In this document: piece by piece, positions 49,977 to 62,663 of the stretch | Numbering within the stretch: position 1 is the first letter of the stretch | Layout: the number at the start of each line of letters is the position of its first letter | Source of the DNA: Octopus bimaculoides | Taxonomy: Eukaryota | Direction: 5' to 3' | NCBI RefSeq assembly: GCF_001194135.2 | Contig: NC_068988.1 | Span: 44,088,260 to 44,152,259 of the forward strand | DNA length: 64,000 bases | Position numbers and translations under genes: made by a program | The notes under the pieces: model-generated | What the model was told of the DNA's origin: nothing | Databases searched by the model: none | What the model saw: only the letters and a program-made list of their open reading frames with translations

Positions 49977-51379
49977 CTGAAAATGTGCAAAAAAATTAAA
50001 ACTCAGTGTTGATTATTAGTTTTTTTATTTTTTGTTTTATATTTTCTGCTATTCATCCAGTAGCACCACTTTCTATGCATATAAAACTGCACTGAAGACT
50101 ATAAGATATATATTTAGAACAGGTATTTCCAAAAAGAAATCTTTCAACCTTCTTCTCTTAGTATAATCACTCACCCTGCACTAATGTAATATACAGTGTG
50201 AATACAGAGCTTATTCATCAACTGATATTACATTTACTTAACTCACAGTCTGTAACAAAATGGCCTGTCCTACTGACAAATGACAAGCGCAATGAAGGAA
50301 GGGCAAAGATTCTACAACCTCTATTATAATCCATAGTCATTTTCTATTGTTGCACATTAAGATGGCAGTTTGAGAGTATGACTTGCTTGAACCTAATGAT
50401 GGCTCATTAGACAGGACTAAGTAGTTAAGAAGTTCACTTCCCAACCACAAGCCCTTCTTGTTGCCAACCCTTACCTGTTTCCAAGTCAAGTTTTATTTTC
50501 CCATGGCCAGACATACTTTTCATGAAAGACTGTAAGCAAAGAACATCACCTGTATGACAGTGATGTTGCTACTGGTACCATGTGACATAGTATGACTTAT
50601 TTCGTGGTCAGGGGTCAATGACTAAACTGGCTCCTCCACCCGGCTTGCTAGGTGAGGAGGGTGTAGTGTACACTCTGCAAGGCTAAAAACAAGACCTGTC
50701 AAAGGACAGATGAGCTCGTTGTGAGACAACAGCCATCCACAAGAGTAGTGCCTCATAAAAGCATCATGCACAAGAGTTGGCAAATTATGCACCTAGTCCA
50801 AGACCACAGCCTTACATTGCTCTTGAGTTGGAGTCAACGTCCATGAATGATGTGGTATAGAGCAAAAAGACAGGTCTTGTCCCCATCCATTTTCTTACTT
50901 GGCTTAGTGGTCGGGGCATTAGACTCATGATCGAAAGATTGTGGTTTTGATTCCTGGACTGAGGAATGCATTGTGTTCTTGAGCAAAATATTTCATTTCA
51001 CATTGCTCCAGTCCATTTGGTGGGCAAAAATGAGTAACCCTGCAATGGACTGGCATCCCATCCAGGTGGAGAATTTATCGGCCATGGAAACTGGGAAACT
51101 GGCCCCTCATGAGTTGGCATGGCTTGAGAAAGTAACTTTACATTTACCCAGTACTTGTTTTGGGCTTTATTTGATTTTACATTTATGGTACTATCTGGCT
51201 GCTGTACTCACCTGAGAGCAGAATCAGCACATATTACACCCCATCCCCTCCTTAAAGTCCTTCCAGACACCTCATCATCTCTGTCCAGACTATTTCAACC
51301 AATCACATTCTCACCTCACCATTTGTGCCTTCAGCCACTGCTCCCCCACCCCTGCTATACTCCATTCTAAACATCCAGC

Positions 51380-51483
51380 CATAGAAACCATGCCAAAGAT
51401 GACATTAGATCCTGACACATCTCTGCAGCTTGCCAGTTACCTGTCAAACCATCCAACCCATGCCACCATGGAAAGGGATGTTA

Positions 51484-51526
<43 letters not shown>
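51380..51526 (+). mobile_element. Older RTE 3' tail copy
   Basis: catccagccatagaaacc...ccatccaacccatgccaccatggaa...(gat)n. Confidence 0.6.
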
Positions 51527-51674
51527 TATAACAGTTGTGAAAGTAAGGTTAATTTGAACTCAGTACTGCAATTAATATTCCAGCACCTTGACCTTCCAGG
51601 TATAAAATATATCAGAACTCTGGAGATAACTGTACAAGAATAAGAAACATTTGAGAAATATGAAAATAACAAAC

Positions 51675-51815
51675 CTTCATGAAACGTAAAACAATTTCTC
51701 TGATAAGGTTGCGCACCAGTTGGCAGACATCTTCTATGAAGTGATCACTGAAGCGTAAACTGCGATGTATACTGAGTTTATCAGTCTTGTCAAGATGTTC
51801 TGCCATTCCTTTTAC
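51675..51815 (-). CDS. DOCK7: DOCK7-like exon: VKGMAEHLDKTDKLSIHRSLRFSDHFIEDVCQLVRNLIREIVLRFMK
   Basis: Matches VKSMVHHL...RFPERFMDDI; acceptor ttgttatag, donor gtttgt; 141 nt. Confidence 0.93.
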
Positions 51816-52074
51816 CTATAACAAGAGGATAATGATCAGTGTTGATCTGTGTATATCACATTAATAAAACAGCCGGAACTGCGAGGCTGTATCAGTTTAC
51901 ACCAGCTACACACACAATCCACACTTAAAAGCTAGTCATGAGAGCAAAACCAGATTTAGGCATAAGCTATAGATTAAGGTTTCGCAGTCCAAAGAAGCCA
52001 CTCAAAATTTTAATTTTATTTTATTTACATTCTTTACTTCACTTTATTTGTTAGCACTTTATTGTAATTTATAT

Positions 52075-52304
52075 ATAACCCTTTAGCATTCAGATTATTC
52101 TGCGAAATATAATGTTTATTTATTCACATTGTTTTGAGTTAGTCATACAGTATCTCATAGCTTCAAGATTTTGATAAGTGATTGCATATTTTTCTTAGAA
52201 TGACATTGTAGGTTAAGTGTGAGAAGCTGGATCAGATCAAATTGAACATAAAACAGATAAAATATTCTGGCTGGATCTGGCCGGTTTAAATGCTAAAGGG
52301 TTAA
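52075..52304 (+). mobile_element. piggyBac-type MITE, family A
   Basis: (T/A)TAA-CCCTTTAGCATT...AATGCTAAAGGG-TTAA termini; copies at 54618-54838, 17303-17548 and 20967-21169. Confidence 0.75.
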
Positions 52305-53725
52305 GTAATGATTTAAACCAATTCATCTAATTAACAATCAAAAAAAAAAATCATTATTTACACAAGTTTGTATTAGATTTTTAAAAAAAATATTTTAGTT
52401 GGGAAGGAAGGCAGTGTTCTTGACCCTTTATAGGGCCTCTGAGATAGGTGGGAGGGAGAGAGGGAGGTATCCTCAAACCAGAGAACTGGGCTAAATACTT
52501 GCAGCAGAGTAAACCCTACTAAAAGCATTCAAAAAACCAAGTGGTGGTGTGAAATTAAGTTGCAGATTTTGTTGTTATATAATTATATTTAAATACCAAT
52601 TCAAGATTAGATTGAATTCTACTCTTTTTTGTAACTTACTTGGGATCTTTGACATATTCTTATATTCTGTGCTGGAGCACTGTCTCTAAAGATTCAACCA
52701 ATCATTTCAATTCTAGTCTCTATGCAAAAACCACTTGTTTATGGATAAATACAAGACCATAGCCATGAAAATTCCAATGAAAGACATACAGTGCTCTCAA
52801 GATGGTGTCAATGTGAATGAGTTATATGGCACAGAGCGAGACAACAGGCCCTGTCCTCCACCCATTTTCATCCCTCCCCCATCTATGGTACTACTTGGCT
52901 GCTATACTCACCTTGAAGCAGAATCGATACATCCCCTCCCTAATGATCTCCCACACTCCTCATCATCCCTGCCCACACTATTTCAACCCCACCATCCCCA
53001 GGCCATCTGTACCTCCAGCCACTGCTCTCTCTTCTCTCTGCTAAACACATATGCATGGTTTCCATCGATCAAATTCATTCACAAGGCATTGGTCAATCTA
53101 AGGTTATAGTAATGGCATGGTTTTTTTACAAAGCTATGAGGCAAAACCATTTTCCATAGTTAACTGTAATAAAATTTTAAGTACAGCTGTGTCTTCGTTT
53201 TCCCTATATAAAAAAATTCCTTTCCTGTATGTCCTAATTTGTTGTGATTTTAAAAAGTATTTGAACAATTTTTTCATACAGTTAATTATTTCAAAGAAAT
53301 TAAAACACTTATCTGCATATTTTGGAGAATTTCATTTTTGTTGCTTTTGTTATGAAGCATATGATAAAAGACCACAATAAGTGGTGAGATCTGCCTAACC
53401 CTTGCTATAATAGAAATAAATGTAGCTGATGGTGTATATGTAAGATTTATTTCAAAGAAAGTACCTAAATACCTCCTTTTACATTTTCAGTGATAATCTT
53501 TATTTAAACAAACGAAGCAAAGCTCGCTCGCTAACAACATATTATAGGATTTCGCCTTAAATTTGACACTGGTATGAAGGATCAACCCAAACTCATAAAC
53601 ACTCTCTTTACACTCAATAAAAGAATCTTGTTTATTAATTTAACAAAAAATAAGAAGAAATATCCAAAAACTTTTACACAGTCAAACAAAAAACAAAAAT
53701 CTTTGTTTGAAGTCATGGTACGTAC

Positions 53726-53821
53726 AATAAGATTTAAGAAGAACCAAGCGTTCGCAAGAGTTGCTTCTTTGATAGAACCACTTGCCATTACCCATTGCAC
53801 TGCCAGTTCTTCATGGACAAG
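53726..53821 (-). CDS. DOCK7: DOCK7-like exon: LVHEELAVQWVMASGSIKEATLANAWFFLNLI
   Basis: Matches [32 protein letters not shown]; acceptor cttttacag, donor gtacgt; 96 nt. Confidence 0.96.
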
Positions 53822-54256
53822 CTGTAAAAGAGAAAGAGAAACAAAAGACAATATAAGGAAATATGAAAGAGGTGAAGCAGATAAATCAAAAAGTCGATTT
53901 ATATGGTTATAAACAATTACAAGTAAGTTCTCCACCATCAATTCACTGTGAAGAAAGTTCACCATGAGGAAAGTTTACTGAGAAAATATATCCATAGTAT
54001 CTCACCATTAATAGTCAAAAACTATTTTATTAACTTATCGGACATGGTTATAAACTGTTTAGGAAATATCAAATAGCTAATGGAACATTGATAATATTTT
54101 GGGGTAATAACCAAGCAATGTGTGTTGTGCTCGTACATGATCTGGACTGTTTTAAATTTTACTTTATGCCTCTTTGGTTTACACATGTTAACGCTGAACA
54201 ACAATCAAATCTTTAACTATTGGTAAGCAAATATGAACCCGGTCTTTGATACTTAC

Positions 54257-54345
54257 TTTTTTACCTCTGATCTTAGGGAATGTTGAAATTCCATACTCAG
54301 ATCCTTTCATGCTGCCAGTTCGATCAAGAGGACCGCCTTTGGTAA
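54257..54345 (-). CDS. DOCK7: DOCK7-like exon: (F)TKGGPLDRTGSMKGSEYGISTFPKIRGKK
   Basis: Acceptor ctcccttaccag, donor gtaagt; 89 nt, phase 1->0; links in frame to the LVHEEL exon, as in vertebrate ...TKK|LFHEEL. Confidence 0.88.
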
Positions 54346-54480
54346 CTGGTAAGGGAGAAAGACAAAAACAAAATATGACAGATATATAAAAAGAAGCTTT
54401 AAAAACGAGACAGGTTTTGTGAGAAATGCAGGAAACTACAATAAAAGTAAGGTACTTGATGGTACATTAATATATTTAAC

Positions 54481-54543
54481 TCCTTGCAGACGGATTTAGT
54501 ACTGGCAGTCTATGCTGTGTACCGGTATTAGGCAATTCAGTAA
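54481..54543 (-). CDS. DOCK7: Candidate cassette exon: (F)TELPNTGTQHRLPVLNPSAR
   Basis: 63 nt, phase 1->1, open in the DOCK7 frame; acceptor ctatgcag (weak pyrimidine tract), donor gttaaa; GC-richer than flanks. Confidence 0.35.
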
Positions 54544-54617
54544 CTGCATAGTTTTTCATACAAGGAATTTTACACATCTATATCTGAAAGTAAGGTGTAG
54601 TCATGTCAAAAAAGACT

Positions 54618-54838
54618 TTAACCCTTTAACATTCAGATTTCTCTGTCAAATGTAATGCTTTTTTATTCACACTGATATGAATTAGCTATGCATTACCTTG
54701 TAGCCTTGAGACTTGACATGATTATTTGTTTTAGAATAATATTGTAGGATAAGTGTGAGAGGCCAGATCTGGTTAGTTTGAAGATAAAACAGAGCTTATT
54801 TTGGCTAGATATGGCCAATTTAAATGCTCAAGGGTTAA
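54618..54838 (+). mobile_element. piggyBac-type MITE, family A
   Basis: TTAA-CCCTTTAACATT...AATGCTCAAGGG-TTAA. Confidence 0.75.
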
Positions 54839-55142
54839 TCATATCTATTCAACCAAAACATTGGTCCTGAACACTAAAACTAATTCATAAGGTTGCAAAA
54901 TAAAATCTGATTTAACCAGACTAATAGAATATAATTAGCAGACAGACAAAAAAAAAAAAAAAGAAAGCAAACAGTGACAACTGAGAAGAAAACAGAGAGA
55001 AAATAATAAAGGGAAGAGAAGACAAGCAAGAAGACAATGAACAATGAAGGAATGATTAGAATAAGAAAATGGAAGGGAGCTGAAAAAGGAAAGAAAATTC
55101 AAATATAGTTAATGAATGATAATATAGTAAGATGTAACTTAC

Positions 55143-55301
55143 AGTTCATTATATGAATAACTTCTGCATCTGGTGTTGTTGGTGTGCTGCCTGATAGGTC
55201 GGGATCACTGCTGCTACGTTGATAACCTGGTTTGTTAACTGGCAGCGATGATGGACGACCCAAAGTAGGATATTGGCCAGTTGGGCTACCCAGGCAAGAG
55301 A
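55143..55301 (-). CDS. DOCK7: DOCK7-like exon: (V)SCLGSPTGQYPTLGRPSSLPVNKPGYQRSSSDPDLSGSTPTTPDAEVIHIMN
   Basis: Matches YATMARSAVRPASL...SNSNPDISGTPTSPDDEV; acceptor cctttag, donor gtaagt; 159 nt, phase 1->1. Confidence 0.9.
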
Positions 55302-56443
55302 CTAAAGGTGATATAGAAAGATGTAATGTGAAAAGACACTGAGAAAAAAAGGGCTGACAATTTCAATAAACAGCTAAAAATATAAGAACACTTTTTTTTC
55401 TTTATATACGTAAGAAAAACTCTAAACCTTTTAGATACTAGTAAAATATTCAAAATACTAATTTAATATACTTGAATAAAAGTGTTACATTCAATACCCA
55501 TTTTGAACATTGTCCTTGCTCAAAATCCAAATTCCCCTTTTTGCATTTTATATCTCCATCTTTCATTTACAAGGATTCACCTCCTCTCTTTTTTCCCTAT
55601 TTTCATTCACTTCTTTATCATTTCTGGCAGCCAATCAAGATTATGCTGATTCTTTTCAGTCATAACAGTGCTGCTGCATCAATTAGAATTTTAAAGAAAT
55701 GAAAGAAATACCACTCACACATAGCAAATCAAAGTATTTTGACATTTCTTTTTCCCCCCCCCATTTCCCTGTCTTATTTCCCTATTTCATAAGTTTTAAT
55801 CTTTCTTCAAAAATTAGGAAAAGAATGCACTGGACAATATAGAGCTAAATATGAAATTAACTCTTCTGATACAAACCTGTTCAAAACTGCCCTTTCTTCT
55901 AAGTAACAAATTCTATTTTAATGTGATCAAAGTTAAAACCGTCCTTCAAAATTTCATGTCGATTTACGTTTAAACAAAAGCTTAATAATGACAAAGTTAC
56001 AAACACACGCCTTCTTTATTAGTCAGCTGGTTAATATCTAACTAACTAATGATTCAACATTTTTAAAATTAAATGAAACACAAGCAATATATTTCAACAA
56101 AAATATGGTAACAAAAGGGTTAAATATATATAGAATTAACTTGGAACTTTCCACCCCACCCCACCCTGGGGAACTACTGCTGTAAACTATGAATTAGCCA
56201 GTATTTGTAAAAACAAATATAATAGTATAAATGTTGAGACTCAAACAGATTAAAGGAAGAATTACATTGTAGAAGAGTCATGTTATACATTTTAAATCTC
56301 ACATATACTTATTAAAGAGTTCACTCTTCCTTTGTATTTTTTGATAGTACTCTGTACTTTATATGTCAAAAAGTTTAGTAGCACTTTTGTAACTTGGTCA
56401 AAGAACACAACTCCAGTGCACTGAACTGTGTCAGTAACCACAA

Positions 56444-56778
56444 TGCTGTCCTTGGTCATGAATGACCATGGGATTGCATCTAGAAAGTTCCCCTCTGTGG
56501 CACAAGTCTGGACCATGTTGTTTACGGAAGACCAGCAGTTGCCCATGCATACTAGCCTTTCCCTCTCCATGCCACTGATGTTATCCAAGGGAACGGCAAA
56601 GGCAAGGGCCGATACAGCTTGGTACCAGTGACGTTGCAACTCATTTCAACAGCTGAGTGAACTGGAGCAATGTGAAATAAAGTGTCTTGCTCAAGAACAC
56701 AACACACAGCCTGGTTCGGGAATCAAACTCACAACCCCATGATTGTGAGAGCCTGACGTTCAAACCACTGAGCCATGC
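56444..56778 (-). mobile_element. tRNA-derived CORE-like SINE, family 3
   Basis: Reverse complement of the 28146-28461 family. Confidence 0.75.
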
Positions 56779-57024
56779 AGCAGCGTTTCTCCTAGCACCA
56801 TGTCTATTCATGAATATAGAATTCTAGAGAATATTTCAGAATATTAAAAGCATCGTAATGTACATGAAGTGATGATGTATAAACAATGTTTGTTTATATA
56901 CTGGACTTCAGTTTTAAATGTGTATATATAATTGAGTACATAGTAAGATAACATAATATATAAATATACTTAGTGTACAAATTCTACAGCATAGACAATA
57001 TGTATACTAAAGTATTCTTCTAAC

Positions 57025-57180
57025 CTGCATTAATATCAGGATGTGGTAATGTACAGCTGTAATGAATGTATGAAGCCAACACGGAGTTGACCCCATGATG
57101 GTCGTTTTGGTCTTCTAGAAGATTGTGTATTCGCCCAACAATGACTGATATAGTTTCAAAACAGTTCTGGCAAACACTTA
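57025..57180 (-). CDS. DOCK7: DOCK7-like exon: (I)SVCQNCFETISVIVGRIHNLLEDQNDHHGVNSVLASYIHYSCTLPHPDINA
   Basis: Matches SFEAM...DQHGRNSLLASYIHY; acceptor gtcttttcag, donor gttaga; 156 nt, phase 1->1. Confidence 0.93.
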
Positions 57181-58491
57181 CTGAAAAGACAAGAAATATA
57201 ATTACATCAATACATCTCTCTTATAAAAACAGAAATTACTTTAGAAAGGCAGTGTTAACAACAAACCAATAGAGTTTAACATGTGAATGTGTGCATGCAT
57301 GTAGATGTGTTAAGCATATATGTAGATATATTTCAATATGAGTATAGATGTATGTATGTATATGTGTAGATGTGCATGAGTATATATTTGTAATTGTGAG
57401 TGAAGCTTGGTGGAATCTTTTAAAATACACAGAAAGGAAGTGAATTATAAGTTATAACTCACTGAGCAGATCTCAGCAAGCTGGTTATTTCATGTGAAGG
57501 TTTTGATGTGTCTACAAACTGACCTTCACCTTCAGCAACTTAACTTTATTTACACATGTCTTTTGGTCACTGAAAAATTTCTTAGATATCCCTAATCTAT
57601 TTTGTTTCATGTCTCACTAGACTTGTTATCGTCCCAATGTTTACATTAATCACTACTCCATTATCGCCCCACTTTTCTTCAACACCCACTTGGAACTTTC
57701 CACCCCACCCTGGGGAACTACTGCTGTAAACTATGAATTAGCCAGTATTTGTAAAAACAAATATAATAGTATAAATGTTGAGACTCAAACAGATTAAAGG
57801 AAGAATTACATTGTAGAAGAGTCATGTTATACATTTTAAATCTCACATATACTTATTAAAGAGTTCACTCTTCCTTTGTATTTTTTGATAGTACTCTGTA
57901 CTTTATATGTCAAAAAGTTTAGTAGCACTTTTGTAACTTGGTCAAAGAACACAACTCCAGTGCACTGAACTGTGTCAGTAACCACAACTACCGCTGCTTC
58001 AACTATCATTATTTAACGTCAGCATTCCATAATGGCATGGATTGGATAGTCTGACAGGGTCCGATGGGTCCAAGGACAGCATTGTGTTTCAGTGTCTGCT
58101 TTGGCATAATTTCTATGGCTGAATGAGTTTTCTAACCCCAACTGCTTTACAGCATGTACTGGATGTGCATTTTTTATCACCAGCATAAAAAAACTTTTGA
58201 CACTTAAGAGTATACAAAGCTATCATGGAGTAAAAAGAAAATGCATTTAACAGAAATGTATATTTTTAAACGAATATGATGACTCTTCCACAGGGAATGT
58301 TGCAGTTTTAAAACACTCTCAGATCAGGTCACTTACCAAACGAACTTTAAAAGGTTTAAAAGTAATTTCAGATCAAAAAGTTGACTATGAAGGAATATGA
58401 AAAATTTCTAACAGGAACAGTTGCAGAATTCTAACTGAAATGAAGATTTGATCATTAAATCAAGAATAACTTGCAAAGTTCCAATACTCAC

Positions 58492-58708
58492 TTGTTTGGT
58501 CTGAAATAACAGGTGGTCGAACCATCAATAAAATAAGTTTGTCTAAAATCAGAGTCAAGAATTTCACCAGACTTTCACCATTAGCTTTGGCAAGATCCAT
58601 GACAGAGCGCTGCAACTCATTTTCAAAACCGGTTTCATTGGTCCGAGGCATCAGTTTCTGTTCTTGAGCCATATGGCATAAATGTAAGAAATGATTCAAA
58701 TTTTCATC
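58492..58708 (-). CDS. DOCK7: DOCK7-like exon: DENLNHFLHL...KFLTLILDKLILLMVRPPVISDQT
   Basis: Matches [23 protein letters not shown]; acceptor ctttcag, donor gtgagt; 217 nt, phase 0->1. Confidence 0.95.
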
Positions 58709-59610
58709 CTGAAAGAATTTTATGAAAAGAACAACAGATGAATGTGAGAGAAATGGTTTAGACAGGTGGATAGACATATTGTACTACGACTACTTTATTA
58801 AAGTCTCCCTCATTTTCAAAGATAATAAGGTGTAGTTTGAGTTTAGCTACTGTTTCTAGCAGGTCAAGTGAAGAGCCTGTAAATGGCTCTGTTGCTAGCT
58901 TGTGAAGTGAAATAGCGTTACAAACTGATTTACTAATCTTTCTTGTTTCAGTCTGTTTGTTCTTCAGTTTGAAAAATAGACTAAGCCTAGTAGAAGCTTC
59001 AGTACAATATGTCTGAAAAAGTTATATATTACACTAAGTATCATATAACATTCTTTATTACACACCCAATTTGGTTGTGATGATTGCTCTGGATAAAGAT
59101 ACATGTTAATGAGAACAAATTGATATATTTATTATAAATTTAGACCTGAAGAGTTTCTAAGGAAACTTTGAAGTATGATATTCTTGATCCCAATCCCATA
59201 TTTTAAAATCTAATCTGAAATAAACTTCACTGACTTTTATTGTGTTTAACTTTGACATAAAAACTGTCTCCCAGAACAACAGATTAAAGGTGAAGAGTAC
59301 TGAAATTCAGTTAGATATGAGTTTGAAATTGAAAACTTAAACAAGAGATATAAATCCAATCAAGAGTACAATAATTTAAGCAAAAGAATAAATATCGTTT
59401 GGTCATTTTGTTTAGCATCTGTTTTCCATGCTAGCAGAGTTTAGTCAGCAGGTAACTGAGCAGAATTTTCAGTCAGGAGCTCTTCCTGTGGCCAACTATA
59501 ACAGGTTTACAAGGAGTTTTCTCTTCCAGAGAAATCTGAAAAGCAGGGCTAGCAGATATTACTGCTCGTAGCTGAGGTTCAGAGTAGATACACACACACA
59601 CATAATATCT

Positions 59611-59643
<33 letters not shown>

Positions 59644-60365
59644 GATATATACATTAAATGTATGACAGGCTTCTTTCAGCTGTGTTTATCAAATACCTTT
59701 ACAAGGCATTAATCAATTGGGTCTATTGCCAGAGTACTGCACAGTAATAGTGAACTTAAAGCTGTACGCTTGAAAAGTAAACTTAATCACTGGTCTGATG
59801 GATCCAGTTTTACTTGGGTCTAAACCAGTGGTTCTCAACCAGGGCCCATATAAGATTTTGGCCCATATAAGAAAATAGTAAATTGAGGAGCCACAATAAT
59901 ATTTTAAAGGGTCCTGAAAAAATTTTATTTTAGATGTATGTATTGGTGTATATTGCAAGAACCAGCTCAGTTTCTTTCTTTAACATTTTACATAGTTCAA
60001 CCTACACAAGTGAATGTGTGAAAAACAAAATAGGAATTTTGAAAGAAGTTTCTATGAAGCTAGCTTTTAAACACTGAATGGCCATGGGGGTCCACTAGAA
60101 TAACATAGTATTTCTGAAGGGTCAATAGATAAAAAAAATGGTTGAGAATCTCTGGTCTAAACAGTAACAGCTGGTAGGAAGCAAAAATTATTCTCAAATA
60201 TCAGAGGCAAATATTAGAGTATTAAAATGTACATGGTTTACTCATACAACACAACTGTAACAAAGTTTCATATCATTGTCATGTGGTCAGTTGTCTAGCA
60301 TAAGTGACTGTGCTGCCATATGATTGGTTAAAATATATATATAGTGCTTGACAGTAGGTACATAC

Positions 60366-60446
60366 CTGCGTGTGTATTGAAGATGCACAATAAAGATTGA
60401 CTGTGAATAATGGTTTACGATTATCCATCCACTTTATATTCTGTGA
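60366..60446 (-). CDS. DOCK7: DOCK7-like exon: SQNIKWMDNRKPLFTVNLYCASSIHTQ
   Basis: Homologous to [24 protein letters not shown]; acceptor tatttcag, donor gtatgt; 81 nt, phase 0->0. Confidence 0.93.
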
Positions 60447-60544
60447 CTGAAATAAATAAATATATATATAAATTATATAAATGCATACATACACACACAA
60501 TTATATATTTATATCCATACACACACACATAAACTATATCGTCA

Positions 60545-60780
60545 TCATGTATTGTATGCCTACAGTGCACTGATGACACTACAATGTAAGTCTTCCTGAT
60601 TAAGCACGAGTTCTCCAGCTGGTTTACCACTCTTGTCCAACCTGCTCAAGATATTGTCCATCCATTGCATTCTTTGCCTGCCTTTACATCTAGTACCCTC
60701 TACTCTGTTCAGGAGTTGTTGTCTTTCACCTATTCGTTGTAACACCCATTCGTTTGTCTGATTGTTATGAGCCTCTTACA
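60545..60780 (-). mobile_element. Degenerate RTE/BovB-like LINE C-terminal fragment
   Basis: ORF 60560-60745 contains VEGTRCKGRQRMQWMDNI, similar to the BovB-type IEGRRRRGRQRMRWLDGI motif. Confidence 0.6.
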
Positions 60781-60807
60781 AGGACAAAATGCACAAATAG
60801 ATATAAA

Positions 60808-61093
60808 CATCATCATCATCATCATCGTTTAACGTCCGCTTTCCATGCTAGCATGGGTTGGACGATTTGACTGAGGACTGGTGAAACCCGATGGCTACAC
60901 CAGGCTCCAATCTGATTTGGCAGAGTTTCTACAGCTGGATGCCCTTCCTAACATCAACCACTCCGAGAGTGTAGTAGGTGCTTTTACATGCCACCGGCAC
61001 AAAGGCCAGTGAGGCAGTACTGGCAACGGCCATGCTCAAAATGGTGCATTTTACGTGCCACCTGCACAGGAGCCAGTCCGGCGGCACTGGCAT
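60808..61093 (-). mobile_element. RTE-type LINE 3'UTR copy, antisense
   Basis: Starts with (CAT)n and is the reverse complement of the same 3'UTR, with a few substitutions. Confidence 0.85.
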
Positions 61094-61708
61094 ACAGACA
61101 ACAAAACAGTATAGATGTAGTGTGTAAGAGAGACAACTTCATTCCTAAAGAAAAATGGGGTTTCTTGCAGGTTGAGAGACCATGGAACGGATCCCTTGGT
61201 TGTCTCAGTAACCAATACAAGTAATAGGTGAATATTACTGTCAATGTAAAACTTACATGTAACACATTTGATAGAATACACTATATAATCTCTAAAGCAT
61301 TTAGTCAGCATTCCTAATTAGGCAGTTTGCCAACAGAATACATATTCTTAGGGAATGTTCTGAATATATGAGATGTATGACGAGCCTTTCTCCTCAAAAA
61401 ATGGATCAAATCACATCTGAGACAAATTCATTATATGAGGATATAATTGGGTGTAATGTTCTAAAAGTTACTCTTTTTTAAATAGCAAATTTCTTCCACT
61501 GTTGTACTGTTCAGTTCATACAAAACATACACACATGTTACAAAGTAAGATCACGTTTATTTCTTGATTGTGCCATAAGATATCGCAGATGTCTGATTCC
61601 ATGCAATGAACATTTACTACCTTAACCAGTGACAAGATTTGGACTATTGATTTCTTAGCTGGTTGTCTTGTGTTTGACTGATTCAACTATCCACATTAAT
61701 ATATTTTG

Positions 61709-62187
61709 CCTCACCACATTGGGCCTCACCGAGGCGATGACTACGGACCGAGACCTTTGGAAATGGGCTGTGCGTGAGAAGACCCGGCAAGCCAAGTAAG
61801 ATCGTTGCCAGTGCCCCTGGACTGGTTCTTGTGCGGGTGGCACATGAGATGCACCATTTTGAGCGTGGCCGTTGCCAGTACCGCCTGACTGGCTCCTGTA
61901 GGATTTTCGAGCGAGATCGTTGCCAGTGCCCCTGGACTGGCTTGTGCGGGTGGCACATAAAAGACACCATTTCGAGCGTGGCCGTTTTCGTGCGGGTGAC
62001 ACGTAAAAGCACCCACTACACTCTCTGAGTGGTTGGCGTTAGGAAGGGCATCCAGCTGTAGAAACTCTGCCAAATCAGACTGGAGCCTGGTGTTGCCATC
62101 CGGTTTCACCAGTCCTCAGTCAAATCGTCCAACCCATGCTAGCATGGAAAGCGGACGTTAAACGATGATGATGATGATGATGATGAT
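61709..62187 (+). mobile_element. 5'-truncated RTE-type LINE: end of ORF plus 3'UTR with (GAT)8 tail
   Basis: 61710-61799 encodes LTTLGLTEAMTTDRDLWKWAVREKTRQAK*, resembling RTE C-termini; 3'UTR with internal repeats and a short tandem tail; several in-window copies. Confidence 0.8.
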
Positions 62188-62274
62188 ATACTGATTACCA
62201 CAAATTACTGAGAAGTATGACAAAGGTATATGTAAAACACACACAAAACATATTTGACATATTTGCATATAAAC

Positions 62275-62543
62275 TGGCATTCCATTGGTTATGATGATGT
62301 GGCTTCCAGTCGATCCAATCAGCTGAACAGCCTGTTTGTGAAATTAACACGCACACTCTTAATGTAATTCACAAGGAGATTCAGCGTGATGCAGAGTGTG
62401 ACAAAGCTGGCCCTTTGAATTTCAGGTACAACCTATTTTTGCCAGCTGAGTGGACTGGAACAGCATGAAATTAAGTGTCTTGCTCAAGGACATAACATGC
62501 CACTGGTAATCAAACTCACAACTTTACAATTGTGAGCCGAATA
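62275..62543 (-). mobile_element. tRNA-derived CORE-like SINE, family 2
   Basis: Reverse complement of 36946-37259, diverged. Confidence 0.75.
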
Positions 62544-62663
62544 CACATCCCTTAAAAAAAAAAAACTGATTTAATCAGGAACACATTATAGCCACAAATA
62601 GAATTACGTACACACACACGTACACAGAAAAGCAATAAAATGATCCTAGAATTTGGTACTTAC

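Larger units (their letters stand above)
56139..57987 (+). repeat. ~300-bp direct repeat pair (56139-56443 and 57688-57987)
   Basis: Identical by eye except a 5-bp CCACC indel. Confidence 0.9.

Noticed and set aside
51175-53060. Two diverged ~200-bp direct repeats (about 51175-51370 and 52870-53040)
   Set aside because: Old interspersed repeat with no distinctive structure.
53950-53978. Acceptor-like site followed by an immediate TAA in the phase-0 intron
   Set aside because: Weak donors; cannot be distinguished from chance.
61655-62109. Four overlapping ORFs of 84-122 aa
   Set aside because: GC-rich repetitive 3'UTR of the RTE LINE; only 61710-61799 resembles real LINE protein.
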